A stretch of DNA of 64,000 nucleotides from a virus. Its lineage: Duplodnaviria; Caudoviricetes. A program made the translations under genes and the position numbers. The stretch spans positions 27,878 to 91,877 of the IMG/VR virus record IMGVR_UViG_3300046469_000011. One strand, 5' to 3'. The notes beneath the pieces are model-generated. The model had not been told where the DNA came from, did no database searches, and saw only the letters and a program-made list of their open reading frames with translations. This document shows, piece by piece, positions 7,598-17,836 of this stretch (the stretch's first letter is position 1; each line of letters opens with the position of its first letter).

Positions 7598-10111
7598 TTA
7601 CATCACAGTAATGAATCCCATCGGCCTTGAGCCGGTTCCTTCGGGATTCGATGCTGTCTCCGCTGGAATTGCTGAACTAGCTAGCTTTCGCCAGCCAGTC
7701 AAGAGTGCTGCGCCGCCTGGGGCGACTGTAGTCAGATTAGGATCAGACCAAGTTGGGTTATTGGCAAAGTTTTGGCAAAGCCCAACGAGCAGCAAAGGAT
7801 CATCCACATTGCTCGTTGCAGATGGCGTTGAATCGGGGCCGGTTGAGCCACCAGATTTATCAATAGCACTAGCGTTGATGCAGTCATACATAACAACATT
7901 TGCGCCATTGCTGTTCTGGAAGCCCCACGTATACGAATTACTTTCGCTAGCGCCTGCTGTTTTGTAGTAGCAGTAAAGGCCGGTATTGTCGTACTGATAA
8001 ACATTCCAAGCTTGTGTCCAGCCCGCAGGCGCAGAAGTCAAACCATTATTGGAAGAATTTCCGGGGACCCCATGCACGGACACAAACGCCACCAGAATGT
8101 CTCCCTCGGCGGGAGCAGACGGGAATGAGCCAGTTAGCGAGGTAGAGGTAACGCCGCCAACATATGTCTGACCAACCGTGGGGGCAGGCTTGCTGGCAAT
8201 CATTTGGCCTAGAATTTCAATTACCCAATTGACGCCATCTAAACAGGACATTTCGTAGTAATCAGTACCAACGCGAGAGATCGTCGGTGGTGATCCATTC
8301 GGAGCCTGAATATTTGAAGGCCATGTAACTGAATAACCATTATTTACGGTCATCAGTCTGAATGATTTTCCTACTGCTGGCGTGGGGAAGGTCAGAGGAC
8401 AATCAGCCGTAATGGTCAGCAAAGTCCATGAAGCAACATTGGGATCGCTGATCGTATACGCCGACCCTGAATCATCTACCTGAACATTTTGCGTTCTTGA
8501 TCCTGATCCACCGCCGGAGGAAGAACTTTCGGCAGATGTGGATACTAACGGCGTAACAGAAAGGAAGTTGTTTCCAGAGCCATTTCCAACTTGAAGCGAC
8601 GTAGCGTCGCCTGGCTGAATCCACAATTCCAAGAAATCGCCAGCATTACAATTTACTATATCTATAACAGTCGAAACTCCAACGGTGCTTCCTGGGACAA
8701 CCGAACCGTATGCGACGCCCGAGCCGTTTTTGAAAATACCCGCCCATACCTGACCAGAGTTTGCTTCAACATTTCCTATGACCAGATAAGGACCCGCTGC
8801 CGGAACGTTGTAGCGCCCATTTGTATCAACATCGATATTCCCGTTGGGGTCGAAGCTTTCTGTATCAAGAGGAACTTTATTCCAATTGTTTGAAGAAAGG
8901 GACAGATCATTGGCCCGGTACGCGCGAGCAGCAGCAAGATTAGACCCAGGAACGCCAGAAACTTGAGCGACAGCCAGATATGTGCCAGTAGATCCCAGGC
9001 CGCTATCTACATTCAAAGCACCCGAGCCAGAATAAACCCATAATTCTAAATAATCGCCAGCTTCGCAGTAAATCAAATCCGTCGTTTCAGCACGGTCGGT
9101 ATCGGCACTACCGCCAGCTTGAGAGATTTGCGTGCCATTTTTGTAAATGGATACATAACCGTAAGTATTTGCGGTTTGCAGCATTGCCGCTTCTACTTGA
9201 TAATAACCAGAAACAGGCACATCAAACCTATTGTTGGTTGCCACATCCATGTTTGAGCCGGTATCAAAATTCAGCGTGTCAAGGGGAACCTTTGTCCATG
9301 CTCCCGCTGAAAATGAAAAGTCCGCGCTACGACAAGCCCTAGCTGCTACCGGCGCTACCTGAGAAGCAATGCTCTGTTGGCTCAGAGGAACTACCGAGAG
9401 ATAGTTGACCTCGCTGCCTCCCAGATACAAATTATTTCCGTTGCAGTAGACATAAAGCTCTAAATAATCGCCTGCATTACATTGAATAATATCTGTGAGA
9501 ACAGGTTCAACTGCTGCTCCGCCTGACGGCACCGGGGAAGAAGCCTCACTTACTTCGACTCCATTTTTGAAAACACTAACATAAGCATCTTGACCGGAGG
9601 GTGCGCCAAGAGCAGCATTAGCAACTACCAAATAAGAACCACTCGCAGGAACGTTATAGCGACCATTAGTGGTCACATCCATATAACCATTGGTATCAAA
9701 ACTAATTGTGTCGAGCGGAACCTTATTCCAAGCTCCCGAGGTAATACTCAGAGCAGCATTTCGATACGCACGCGAGGGAGGCAGAGAAGAGGATGATGTA
9801 TTTTCTAGAAGAAAATCATCAACGGTAGGAGCAACTTGCCATTCAGCGCCATCCGCGTGTTCAATAGGATTTGTGCCTTCCTGCCCTCTTTCAATTGTTG
9901 CAGTAAGATCACCCTCCGTATATGCCGTTACATAGACGACTTCAAAATTAGGATTGGGAACGTTTGTCGGAGGATCAAGGACAACAGGAATATAATCCGA
10001 TCCCGTGATGGTGTCCCACTCAGGGGGATTATCAAAAGTTACCGTCGTGCCTGTCGCGGTAAGCGGTTCCCCAAGAAGCCCCAGGGAATTATTATAACGC
10101 AGGCGAGCCAC
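7598..10111 (-). CDS. Tail fibre / receptor-binding protein with three C1q-like repeats
   Basis: 3x RAYR...WNKVPLDT.SFD...NGRYNVP.SG.Y...IFKNG...CNAGDYLELWV; N-terminal EVVYVT...ERGQEGT anchor motif. Confidence 0.75.
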   Translation of the reverse strand: MARLRYNNSLGLLGEPLTATGTTVTFDNPPEWDTITGSDYIPVVLDPPTNVPNPNFEVVYVTAYTEGDLTATIERGQEGTNPIEHADGAEWQVAPTVDDFLLENTSSSSLPPSRAYRNAALSITSGAWNKVPLDTISFDTNGYMDVTTNGRYNVPASGSYLVVANAALGAPSGQDAYVSVFKNGVEVSEASSPVPSGGAAVEPVLTDIIQCNAGDYLELYVYCNGNNLYLGGSEVNYLSVVPLSQQSIASQVAPVAARACRSADFSFSAGAWTKVPLDTLNFDTGSNMDVATNNRFDVPVSGYYQVEAAMLQTANTYGYVSIYKNGTQISQAGGSADTDRAETTDLIYCEAGDYLELWVYSGSGALNVDSGLGSTGTYLAVAQVSGVPGSNLAAARAYRANDLSLSSNNWNKVPLDTESFDPNGNIDVDTNGRYNVPAAGPYLVIGNVEANSGQVWAGIFKNGSGVAYGSVVPGSTVGVSTVIDIVNCNAGDFLELWIQPGDATSLQVGNGSGNNFLSVTPLVSTSAESSSSGGGSGSRTQNVQVDDSGSAYTISDPNVASWTLLTITADCPLTFPTPAVGKSFRLMTVNNGYSVTWPSNIQAPNGSPPTISRVGTDYYEMSCLDGVNWVIEILGQMIASKPAPTVGQTYVGGVTSTSLTGSFPSAPAEGDILVAFVSVHGVPGNSSNNGLTSAPAGWTQAWNVYQYDNTGLYCYYKTAGASESNSYTWGFQNSNGANVVMYDCINASAIDKSGGSTGPDSTPSATSNVDDPLLLVGLCQNFANNPTWSDPNLTTVAPGGAALLTGWRKLASSAIPAETASNPEGTGSRPMGFITVM

Positions 10112-10113
10112 AA

Positions 10114-10872
10114 TTAGCCTGCGGTAACGGTTTCTGTAACGGTTACGTTATCGCCGACAACCGCAAGGTTCGCGGTTCCTGAAAGCGCTGTATGGAAAAT
10201 CAATGTCCCGCCCGAGGAAGCATTGAAGACTCCCATCTGGGCGATGGTTAGAGGCAAGCTGGAAGCGTCACTTGAAGTCGTCGTAAATGTCTTGGTCAGC
10301 GTCGATATATTTGTGCCTGCCGTGTGCGCGTAGGTGGCTTGCGCTCTGACCAGGCCGCTCCCTGAAGTGGTGATCTCCCCGGCCAGCGTGGTATCCGAGG
10401 CCGAGGGGGACGCTGTGTTGGTCGTGATAGCCATCCAATTGAAAGTCGCCGGGGGAGTCGAGGTAGATAGAACCTGAGCGTGAACGGCATCACGGCCTAC
10501 GGTCGTCAAAAGGGCTTCGGGTCGCCCCAGAAGGCAACCATAATAAGCTGCCACAGCTTCAGCCAAGGGCCGATCTGATTCCTCATCCACATCGACCCAA
10601 GCAGGTTTTACGCCTGCTGAATGAATATCGAGAATCTGTTCAAGCTCTCGTAGGCAAACAGTATGAATGCGATGTTCGTTTCCCAAACGAGAAGCAATCG
10701 CTGTGATCATCCTGTCATTGTCTGTCGAAAGAGTTCTGTTGACGAATTCCTCATCCTGGATTCCATCCCAGAATTCAACGCGCGTCTCTGACTTACTGAG
10801 ATGCTCAGCCGGTCGAGGGCCAACCGGATAGAAATGAATTGGATTGGGATTTCCCAGAATGATAGTTGTCAT
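10114..10872 (-). CDS. Minor tail / fibre-associated protein
   Basis: DTTLAGEI...R...T.TKTF...QMGVFNASSGGTL motif of phage tail-fibre N-terminal/baseplate proteins. Confidence 0.6.
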   Translation of the reverse strand: MTTIILGNPNPIHFYPVGPRPAEHLSKSETRVEFWDGIQDEEFVNRTLSTDNDRMITAIASRLGNEHRIHTVCLRELEQILDIHSAGVKPAWVDVDEESDRPLAEAVAAYYGCLLGRPEALLTTVGRDAVHAQVLSTSTPPATFNWMAITTNTASPSASDTTLAGEITTSGSGLVRAQATYAHTAGTNISTLTKTFTTTSSDASSLPLTIAQMGVFNASSGGTLIFHTALSGTANLAVVGDNVTVTETVTAG

Positions 10873-10876
10873 TTTC

Positions 10877-11944
10877 CTAGCCTACTCGGACGCCGAATTG
10901 TGCTTCCTGTATCGCATCCGGCGTCCAATCGGAGCCGTCAGAAGGATTTTCCTCAAATATCTGAAGCGCATATATAGGACTATTTGCTGGCAAATTTACT
11001 GATGTCCCATAGTAATCATTTCCAGATTCCCGAATCACAGGCTCTAGTGAACGTAGTTGAGAATTATTTTTGTCAGTGAGCGCATTCGTCTGGATAGCAT
11101 ACACATATCCATCCCAATCAAAGGAATCTAGAACATAAGTGTCTTCTTCTCCTGTATTGGGCGACGACACCCATTTATCAGTTTGGGTGACAGGAGAATT
11201 TACGTGGGAAAAGTTGTTGATGTGATTCCCGGTGTCATTTATAAGGTCAGAACGATCACCATTGGCAGCAGGGCGAAGAGGGATTACCTTGGTGTCGCCC
11301 AGGAAACCGTTGTTTTTGCTGCCTTGCGAATTTGTCAAGTAAAGATCATCAATAGCATACGCATAGTTATTCGAATCGCCTGTGAAGAGAATCGAATCGA
11401 ATGTAGTTTTAGTGCCGCCATTCTTCGTATTCACATCAATGGCGTCAAACCATGCAGCGCCGTTTTGCTGAATTACTACCCTTCCGCCATCAGCCCCTCT
11501 AGCTAGATACGCCTGAACCTCGATATAGGTCCATGCTCCCAAGAGCAAAGGCTGTGGGGAAATAGCTACCTGCGGCAATCCAGGGCCAGCCAGGACATAC
11601 AAAAATCCCGCATTCGTGAAGCCCAGGCGCACATGCTCAGTCTGAATATTGTCGGACATCAATCTGCACATGGCCGACCCCTCACCGAAATCATCAGGCC
11701 GCAAAGCAAATCCCAAAGTGATGAGCGCGTCTTCCTGAGAAGCGCTTACCTGCTGGCATATAGAAGCCGAATGGCCGACAATTTCAGCGAATCTGATGAA
11801 CAAACAATTGTCTGTTCTTCCACCAGACTCGATACCCATAAAGCCTCCGTCTCCGCCAGTACCAAAATTTGTTATCCACTGACGAAGATTGAGATGAGTC
11901 GCGTTATCGGTCCAGTCGAAGCTTTCAAGAAGAACGATGCTCAT
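10877..11944 (-). CDS. Virion structural protein (concanavalin/LamG-like beta-sandwich)
   Basis: WTYIEV...IDDLY...FLGD...LRP...NP.DG.DWT...QFGV pattern; sits in the tail fibre cluster. Confidence 0.55.
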   Translation of the reverse strand: MSIVLLESFDWTDNATHLNLRQWITNFGTGGDGGFMGIESGGRTDNCLFIRFAEIVGHSASICQQVSASQEDALITLGFALRPDDFGEGSAMCRLMSDNIQTEHVRLGFTNAGFLYVLAGPGLPQVAISPQPLLLGAWTYIEVQAYLARGADGGRVVIQQNGAAWFDAIDVNTKNGGTKTTFDSILFTGDSNNYAYAIDDLYLTNSQGSKNNGFLGDTKVIPLRPAANGDRSDLINDTGNHINNFSHVNSPVTQTDKWVSSPNTGEEDTYVLDSFDWDGYVYAIQTNALTDKNNSQLRSLEPVIRESGNDYYGTSVNLPANSPIYALQIFEENPSDGSDWTPDAIQEAQFGVRVG

Positions 11945-12678
11945 TTTGCGTAAACGTATCCGTTGATTTTTATTCTAACGTGAGTTGTGTTGTCATCAAT
12001 TCTGACAACCGCAGGAAAGCTTCTGCCGTGATATACGTCCTGGCTGACCACATCAACAGTCGGTGAAAGAACCAGCGTTCCCACGATGGACTGAATATAG
12101 ACCAGTTCGAGCAGGCAGCCAGCATTCACGCCGGGACTGTGAACTTGCTCTCGTCCTATATCTGCTTCACGCTGAATATTGCTGGCGTAGATTCTGAATC
12201 TACATGCCTTGTTGGCGTAGACAGAAAAAAGCTGGCATGACCGACCAGGCAGATTTACCTCAACCCTAGTCTCCACTCCCTGCTGCAAACCGTGATAATT
12301 GTTTTCCACGGACCTAAACTGAAGCGTCGTGTTGGGTGGAGGTGCAGGCGTCTGAATTACAGAAGGCGGTGGTGGAGGAATGGTGTCCTGGTTGATGACG
12401 TGGCGGATTATTGAATTCCGAGGGAAATCCTTCGCCTTCGTGCGAGATTGCGCTCTCCTGACCCGCCAAATATTCGTGTCCGCGCCGCTGGTCACGTACA
12501 TAACTTCGTATTGAGCCGTTCGCGGGTCGATTACCATGATCCGGAAATTCCCAGGCCGAAGCGTGGGACCGGCTGGCCCACTCGTGTAGGCCAGACCATC
12601 GGCTTTTGCGAGTGGCCTGGTCAGGAAAGTGGCGCTTCCTGGCGCGACATCCGCCTCGATATCGAATACTTCGGCCAC
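11941..12678 (-). CDS. Putative minor virion protein
   Basis: YEVMYVT...VRRAQSRT motif resembles the N-terminus of 7598..10111; poly-Pro linker. Confidence 0.55.
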   Translation of the reverse strand: MAEVFDIEADVAPGSATFLTRPLAKADGLAYTSGPAGPTLRPGNFRIMVIDPRTAQYEVMYVTSGADTNIWRVRRAQSRTKAKDFPRNSIIRHVINQDTIPPPPPSVIQTPAPPPNTTLQFRSVENNYHGLQQGVETRVEVNLPGRSCQLFSVYANKACRFRIYASNIQREADIGREQVHSPGVNAGCLLELVYIQSIVGTLVLSPTVDVVSQDVYHGRSFPAVVRIDDNTTHVRIKINGYVYAK

Positions 12679-12692
12679 GCCAGGAATGACTT

Positions 12693-13388
12693 TCAGCTAG
12701 TGGCCTGAGCGAACTTCTGAACCCGCTGCGCGTGACGCTGCGCCCACGGGGGAAGCTCAGAGCGCTCAGAGCCAAATCCCTGCTGCCACCCGGCACCGAA
12801 ATTCGCCGTGTCGATATAGGAGTAGTAGCCCTGGGGCGAGATCGAGAACGGACCCTCGATGGCTCCACGGAAATCCGTTTTCTCGGTCGCCGACGTGCTG
12901 GGGTCGAAATATGACGGCAGAACGAAGTCGGCCACGGTGAGCTTCGAGGCCAGCGGGAGTTGGTATCCGTTGCCCTGGACGGCATCGGCGACTTCCAGGG
13001 CGTACAGGCGGCTCCCATCGCCCGTCAAGGCCGCTGTGTTGCAGTTGGGATCAACGGCAAGCTCCATCATTTCGTGCGAGGCCACCTCGCAAGCCGAAGT
13101 GCCATCACTCTCGGCGGTCTGAACGAAAATCCGGGCGTAGGGAACTTCGTTGCCGTCCTCGTCGTGATAACCGAGTGCGCCCTGCTGGTCAGACGTGTCG
13201 AGCAGATGCAAGACGATTCCGCCACCGGGGATCTTGGCGTTCGCTCCACCCGGCAGGAAATAGACGTTGGCGTTCCGGTGCCACGCCTGGTTGAACTGGC
13301 GGGTAGCTTGAAATTCGAGCGCTTCTGCGATCTGACCCGCTTCGATGTCAGAAAGCGACGTGCTTTCATTCACTAGATAGATTCTCAT
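12693..13388 (-). CDS. Putative metal-dependent hydrolase (HExxE)
   Basis: LGYHD...ASHEMMELAVDP...EVADAV motifs; AGGAG RBS. Confidence 0.5.
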   Translation of the reverse strand: MRIYLVNESTSLSDIEAGQIAEALEFQATRQFNQAWHRNANVYFLPGGANAKIPGGGIVLHLLDTSDQQGALGYHDEDGNEVPYARIFVQTAESDGTSACEVASHEMMELAVDPNCNTAALTGDGSRLYALEVADAVQGNGYQLPLASKLTVADFVLPSYFDPSTSATEKTDFRGAIEGPFSISPQGYYSYIDTANFGAGWQQGFGSERSELPPWAQRHAQRVQKFAQATS

Positions 13389-14052
13389 TTTTCTCCTTTG
13401 AGTCGATATACACGTTGATTATGGGCTGGGGGATTCTCTTCATAACCTCTGAAACGAGTTCAATCGTCTCGTCGAATTCATCGAGATCCCCGTCGTCGAA
13501 TGTAAGGCCGCCAAATTCTTCATCAGAAAATTTGACTTCGGTTTCTGACGCCTGATCCCACATATCGGGATTGGCGCGTGCGCTTAGATAATCGTCTACC
13601 CGTGAGGGATCGTGGCCTATGGCGACCAGACGATGGCGGACGTGTGCAAGATCTTCGCTCCCCATATTTCGTAGCGCACGGCGCATGTAACCGCGTGGTG
13701 CTTGTGTACGAACCATACGAGAACCGCGAGGCAGCGAACCGTCTCGCCGCATGTGGTGGTCAACGATATCGACGATATCCGCCATTCTTTGCCTTCGAAC
13801 TGCCTCGTGGAAAGCCGGAACATCTACCTGATCGGCATTTCTGGCTCGCGCCCGGAGAAAATGGTGGATGTCGCCTTCTTGCGGGTCATCAAAAGACCTG
13901 GCTGCTTCCCTTACAGCGTCATGGTAGCGGCCCCATTCAGCCGGTCCCGATGTTGAATCAGGCGTGATTATTTCAGGGAGTTCCCTGCGTCCATCGTCAG
14001 CTAGGAGGACGGGGAATTCGCCTTCAAATTCAAGTCGCGGCAAGCGTCTCAC
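13366..14052 (-). CDS. Hypothetical protein downstream of portal
   Basis: 228-aa ORF overlapping both neighbours. Confidence 0.6.
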   Translation of the reverse strand: MRRLPRLEFEGEFPVLLADDGRRELPEIITPDSTSGPAEWGRYHDAVREAARSFDDPQEGDIHHFLRARARNADQVDVPAFHEAVRRQRMADIVDIVDHHMRRDGSLPRGSRMVRTQAPRGYMRRALRNMGSEDLAHVRHRLVAIGHDPSRVDDYLSARANPDMWDQASETEVKFSDEEFGGLTFDDGDLDEFDETIELVSEVMKRIPQPIINVYIDSKEKNENLSSE

Positions 14053-15937
14053 CCACCGCCGCTAGGTACTTCTGCTCTTGTTCGAGGGTGATCGCCTCTG
14101 AAAAATAGACCGTATGCTCGTCCGGATCGAAGCGAGCCAGAATTCCGTTCATCTCGCCGACTCGCTTGATTTTGATCCGGGGCTTGGATTTCCATTCGTC
14201 ATCGAGTTCACCAGAAAGGAAGATCACTTCGCGCGGCTGGATGTAGGTGAATCCTGTGGTCGTATCGCCCGTCGTGCCGCCTGGATCGGTGGCCCCTGGC
14301 TCATTGCCTGCCGAAGCAGGGACAGTGGCCCCTCCTGCACCCGCAGAAGCTACGCCTACGGTCCCATTGGAGCCGCCTCGGGCCTGGACAGGGTTGGGAG
14401 TGGAAGAAGCCTGCTGCTCGGCGACCAAACGCGCCTGCTCGGCCTGCTGCTCTTTGATGTCCAGAAGCGGCACGCCAGCGTCATCGAGAATTTTTTGGAG
14501 ATCCACGAGCGAGATGAGCTTAGAAATGCCAGTTGGTTGCTGGCCGATTAGCTGAAGCATCTGCTGGGTGAATGCCACATCCTCGTCGGCGAATCCCTGA
14601 ATTACGATTTGCGCCGTTCCGTTGCTCTGTAGGAATTCCGGATAATTGACGGCAAGCCATTGCGGGATGACCCATCGGTTGATCGTCTCCTGGATCTGAA
14701 CCGACATGACGGCCTGGGATTCAGTGAAAGACGAATCGAGTTCGGCAGCCACATTTCGCGAAGAAGTTCCACCTTTGCCCTCCACCAAGCTCTGCTCGGG
14801 AATCCAGAGCGAGCGAATTTTTCCAATATCGAGGTAGTCGAATGATCTATCGAACGGGTCGAAATTGACCATATCCTTCGTGAAGTCAATCTCCCACTCC
14901 CGAACACTGGTGGGGCCATTCGTGCCTTCATAGGGCGTCGAGGGCAACGTGATGACGCCACCAGAGCGCATCCGATTTCCCATCGCCAGGGCGTAATCGG
15001 AGTAGGCCATCGTCTGGCCCGAGACGGGATCAGTGAATTCGCCCTCTGGGTGATAGATCAAAATCGAGGGATCAGCCTTCTTTTCAAAGGCGCGGTCTGT
15101 GATCGCCCAGCGGAACCAATAGGACCACCAGTAGCGATAGGCATATCCCAAGCGCGGATAACCGAAGATCGACCCGAAATTCTGCTCACGCTCGTTGGTC
15201 ACCCAGAGCGAGTGATAGCGATCAATGTCAAATTTCTGCTCGTTCTGAGCGCCACCTCCGCCTCCACCACCAGCGGCAGGAGTAGCTCCTACACCGCCAG
15301 GAGGCGCACCGTTTGAAGATCCGTCGTAATTGATGCCGTTGAAAGACCCATCCGGTGCCCAATTCGGCTCGACCGTCTCAGGCGGCAGAGAAACGAACGG
15401 CTTCCAGCGGATCGGCTGAATATTTCCCTGTGACCAGATAGGCTGTTCAGACATCGTGCCGTCAGGATTTTGGGCCACATAGGTTCCCGAAGGCACTCCC
15501 AATTCAAAGCGCTTGGCAATGGCCTGGAAGCCGAAATCCAAGGAGTTGCACCACTGAAGGACCAGTGAGGCCATGATGCGGCGAAGATCGTGGTCAAGGT
15601 GTGCGGCCACCTGGGCATTGGGGCCGTTGATGTCTTTGGCGTCGATGTACCAGCGAGCGCGAATGTGAGGCGTCTTGATGAAGGACAGGCCAAATCCGAT
15701 GACCGGATCGCGCCTCATCATCTTCAGCTTGGAAATCGGGATCTGCTCGACCGAATACGGATCGCCAAGCTGATCCATCGCCTGCCGCCAATTCTGGAAG
15801 GCGGCTCGCTGCTGTTGGGAGGGTGCCTGCTCCTGGTTGCTGCTCACCGATGCTCGGATTGCAGCGGCTTCCTCCGGGGTTACGTCGCCGTTGTTGCCGT
15901 TATTCGGGCCTTGCTGCCGGGAGACGGTAGTTGCCAT
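14030..15937 (-). CDS. Portal protein (Mu gp29/DUF935-like)
   Basis: Follows terminase; MMRRDPVI...NSLDFGFQ...FGYPRL..AYRYWW...INRWVIPQW..VNY pattern. Confidence 0.8.
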   Translation of the reverse strand: MATTVSRQQGPNNGNNGDVTPEEAAAIRASVSSNQEQAPSQQQRAAFQNWRQAMDQLGDPYSVEQIPISKLKMMRRDPVIGFGLSFIKTPHIRARWYIDAKDINGPNAQVAAHLDHDLRRIMASLVLQWCNSLDFGFQAIAKRFELGVPSGTYVAQNPDGTMSEQPIWSQGNIQPIRWKPFVSLPPETVEPNWAPDGSFNGINYDGSSNGAPPGGVGATPAAGGGGGGGAQNEQKFDIDRYHSLWVTNEREQNFGSIFGYPRLGYAYRYWWSYWFRWAITDRAFEKKADPSILIYHPEGEFTDPVSGQTMAYSDYALAMGNRMRSGGVITLPSTPYEGTNGPTSVREWEIDFTKDMVNFDPFDRSFDYLDIGKIRSLWIPEQSLVEGKGGTSSRNVAAELDSSFTESQAVMSVQIQETINRWVIPQWLAVNYPEFLQSNGTAQIVIQGFADEDVAFTQQMLQLIGQQPTGISKLISLVDLQKILDDAGVPLLDIKEQQAEQARLVAEQQASSTPNPVQARGGSNGTVGVASAGAGGATVPASAGNEPGATDPGGTTGDTTTGFTYIQPREVIFLSGELDDEWKSKPRIKIKRVGEMNGILARFDPDEHTVYFSEAITLEQEQKYLAAVGETLAAT

Positions 15938-17800
15938 TTAGGGACCGGGGTAGCGCACGGGCTGGCCCAGAGATTGACGCCAGCGAGCGAATTCGTCGTT
16001 CTGCCCCTGGAATCCTAGCGGTCCATCGTCTTCTTTACGAATCGAGATCGTGACGCCTGCCTGGCGCTGGGCAGGCTGGGCGACAGGGATATTTGCCGTT
16101 GTAGCAGCAGGACGTTTATGTATCTTGCGAATATTGGCAGCAGCATATCTAAAATTAGACATACAGTGATTGAATGTATCTATCTGTAGTCCAGTATTAG
16201 GATGACGCCGCCACTCTTTCGCCTCGCGCACCCACATGGGGCATTTGTCTCCGGCTACGAAGAAAAGATCGCTGTCGAACAGGTCGGTGATGACCTTGAT
16301 GTGTTCCTCGAATTCGCGAGTGATGTGCCAGGAGGTCTTCAGGCCGATATTTTTCCAATCCAGCCTCGCTGCCTTGCCCTGTGGATCTGCGAAACGCTCT
16401 TGAACTTTCCAGCGCTCGCCCCAAACGCGGCGATAGGCAGCTTCCTTGAGCTTGACTAGCTGTCCCAGCCGGTCGTTGCCAATCTCGGCCTTGTAAATCT
16501 CGTCGAAGCAGATGGTGGCACCTGCCGGAATACGCATCCTCAACGGCAGGCCAGGCTTCAACACGAAGCAATCCACCTCGATATCAAATTTCAAATATTG
16601 ATACCAATTGACCGCGTGCGGGTTCGTGCCGCCCCAATCCACTGAGCAATAGATCGGCCCGTTATCAGGATCAGGGTCGTAGTTCCTGAAGCAATGCTTG
16701 GCTTCATCAAATTTCGGGAGATAGTGGAAGTGCATTTCGGGCCGCAGGCATAGCTGCTGCACCTCGAACGTCTCCCGATCATTTTCCGTGAACTGCTTGA
16801 TCACGTCTTGGAGCGGCTGCCACCCCCGCGACTTGTAGAAGTCCCCTTGGCAGATGTCCCGTAGTAGACGAGGTGAGCCATCTTCCCAATCGCCTTTTCT
16901 GATGAGGTGACATTGACATTTCTCGCCGTCAGACAGAGAAGGATTCGCACACTGACAATTAGGGACTTGTGCAGCAGTTTCTTTGATGCACCACTGATAG
17001 AGCTTGCGAGGTGGCTTGAATCCTGCATTGACCGCATTAATAATTTCGTCGATAAGCTTCTGCATCCGGCCATTCGGACCCTTTCGGGTAGAGGTGCAGA
17101 TATCTTGAGCCTTGACTACGCGGCCATCGCTCAAAATTTTGCTGACTGTCATGTTGCGGGACTCTTTCCAAGTCCCGTCGTCCATAAGCTCGATCTCGTC
17201 AGCGTGGGCTTTCTGGGGATGCGGACCATTTACAGCCTGTGGCGTGCCTGGTAGCACCTCCACCTTGGAATTGTTGGAAAAAATAGTCTCGCGGATCATC
17301 GAAGCAACGACAGACGATCTCTTCTCGCCGTTCTCGTCGTAGATCCAGCTTTTTAGATAGGCATAGCAGCGAAGGCCCTGTTGCTCGGTAGCGCCAAAAG
17401 TGCATGACTCACAACCTGGCTTGAAAAGCGAATTCAGCCAATGAAGTATGGCGACGAGAAGCGTCTTAGAGCCACCTCGGTTTGCCATTGCCAAGACAGC
17501 ATCAACGCGCTCGAAATATAGATCAGCGATGAGGGTAAATGGAGCATCATGGTTCTCGCAGACTGAGATTCGCGGGATGTCAATGCCAAGCTCACTTTTT
17601 ATCCACTCGTGAAGCTCGTCATCCGTTTGTGGACCGTACTCAGCAAGACGTTTTTCAAGCTCTTGCTGCGCTCGAACCATTTCTTCGAGTTCTTCATCAG
17701 AAAGACTGCTCAGAAGTTCAAGCATTCCCTCCGGCGTATCCGGAAGCGGCTTGCGCTGTTCTGCTTTTCTGATGAAAGGATTGACTCGGGCAGTCGTCAT
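15938..17800 (-). CDS. terL: Terminase large subunit
   Basis: Walker A ANRGGSKT, Walker B HADEIE, motif TST, nuclease SVDWGG and FADP; GGGAGG RBS before ATG 17800. Confidence 0.85.
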   Translation of the reverse strand: MTTARVNPFIRKAEQRKPLPDTPEGMLELLSSLSDEELEEMVRAQQELEKRLAEYGPQTDDELHEWIKSELGIDIPRISVCENHDAPFTLIADLYFERVDAVLAMANRGGSKTLLVAILHWLNSLFKPGCESCTFGATEQQGLRCYAYLKSWIYDENGEKRSSVVASMIRETIFSNNSKVEVLPGTPQAVNGPHPQKAHADEIELMDDGTWKESRNMTVSKILSDGRVVKAQDICTSTRKGPNGRMQKLIDEIINAVNAGFKPPRKLYQWCIKETAAQVPNCQCANPSLSDGEKCQCHLIRKGDWEDGSPRLLRDICQGDFYKSRGWQPLQDVIKQFTENDRETFEVQQLCLRPEMHFHYLPKFDEAKHCFRNYDPDPDNGPIYCSVDWGGTNPHAVNWYQYLKFDIEVDCFVLKPGLPLRMRIPAGATICFDEIYKAEIGNDRLGQLVKLKEAAYRRVWGERWKVQERFADPQGKAARLDWKNIGLKTSWHITREFEEHIKVITDLFDSDLFFVAGDKCPMWVREAKEWRRHPNTGLQIDTFNHCMSNFRYAAANIRKIHKRPAATTANIPVAQPAQRQAGVTISIRKEDDGPLGFQGQNDEFARWRQSLGQPVRYPGP

Positions 17801-17836
17801 CCTGCCTCCCAACGACTGCCCGAGTCTCCTAAGATC

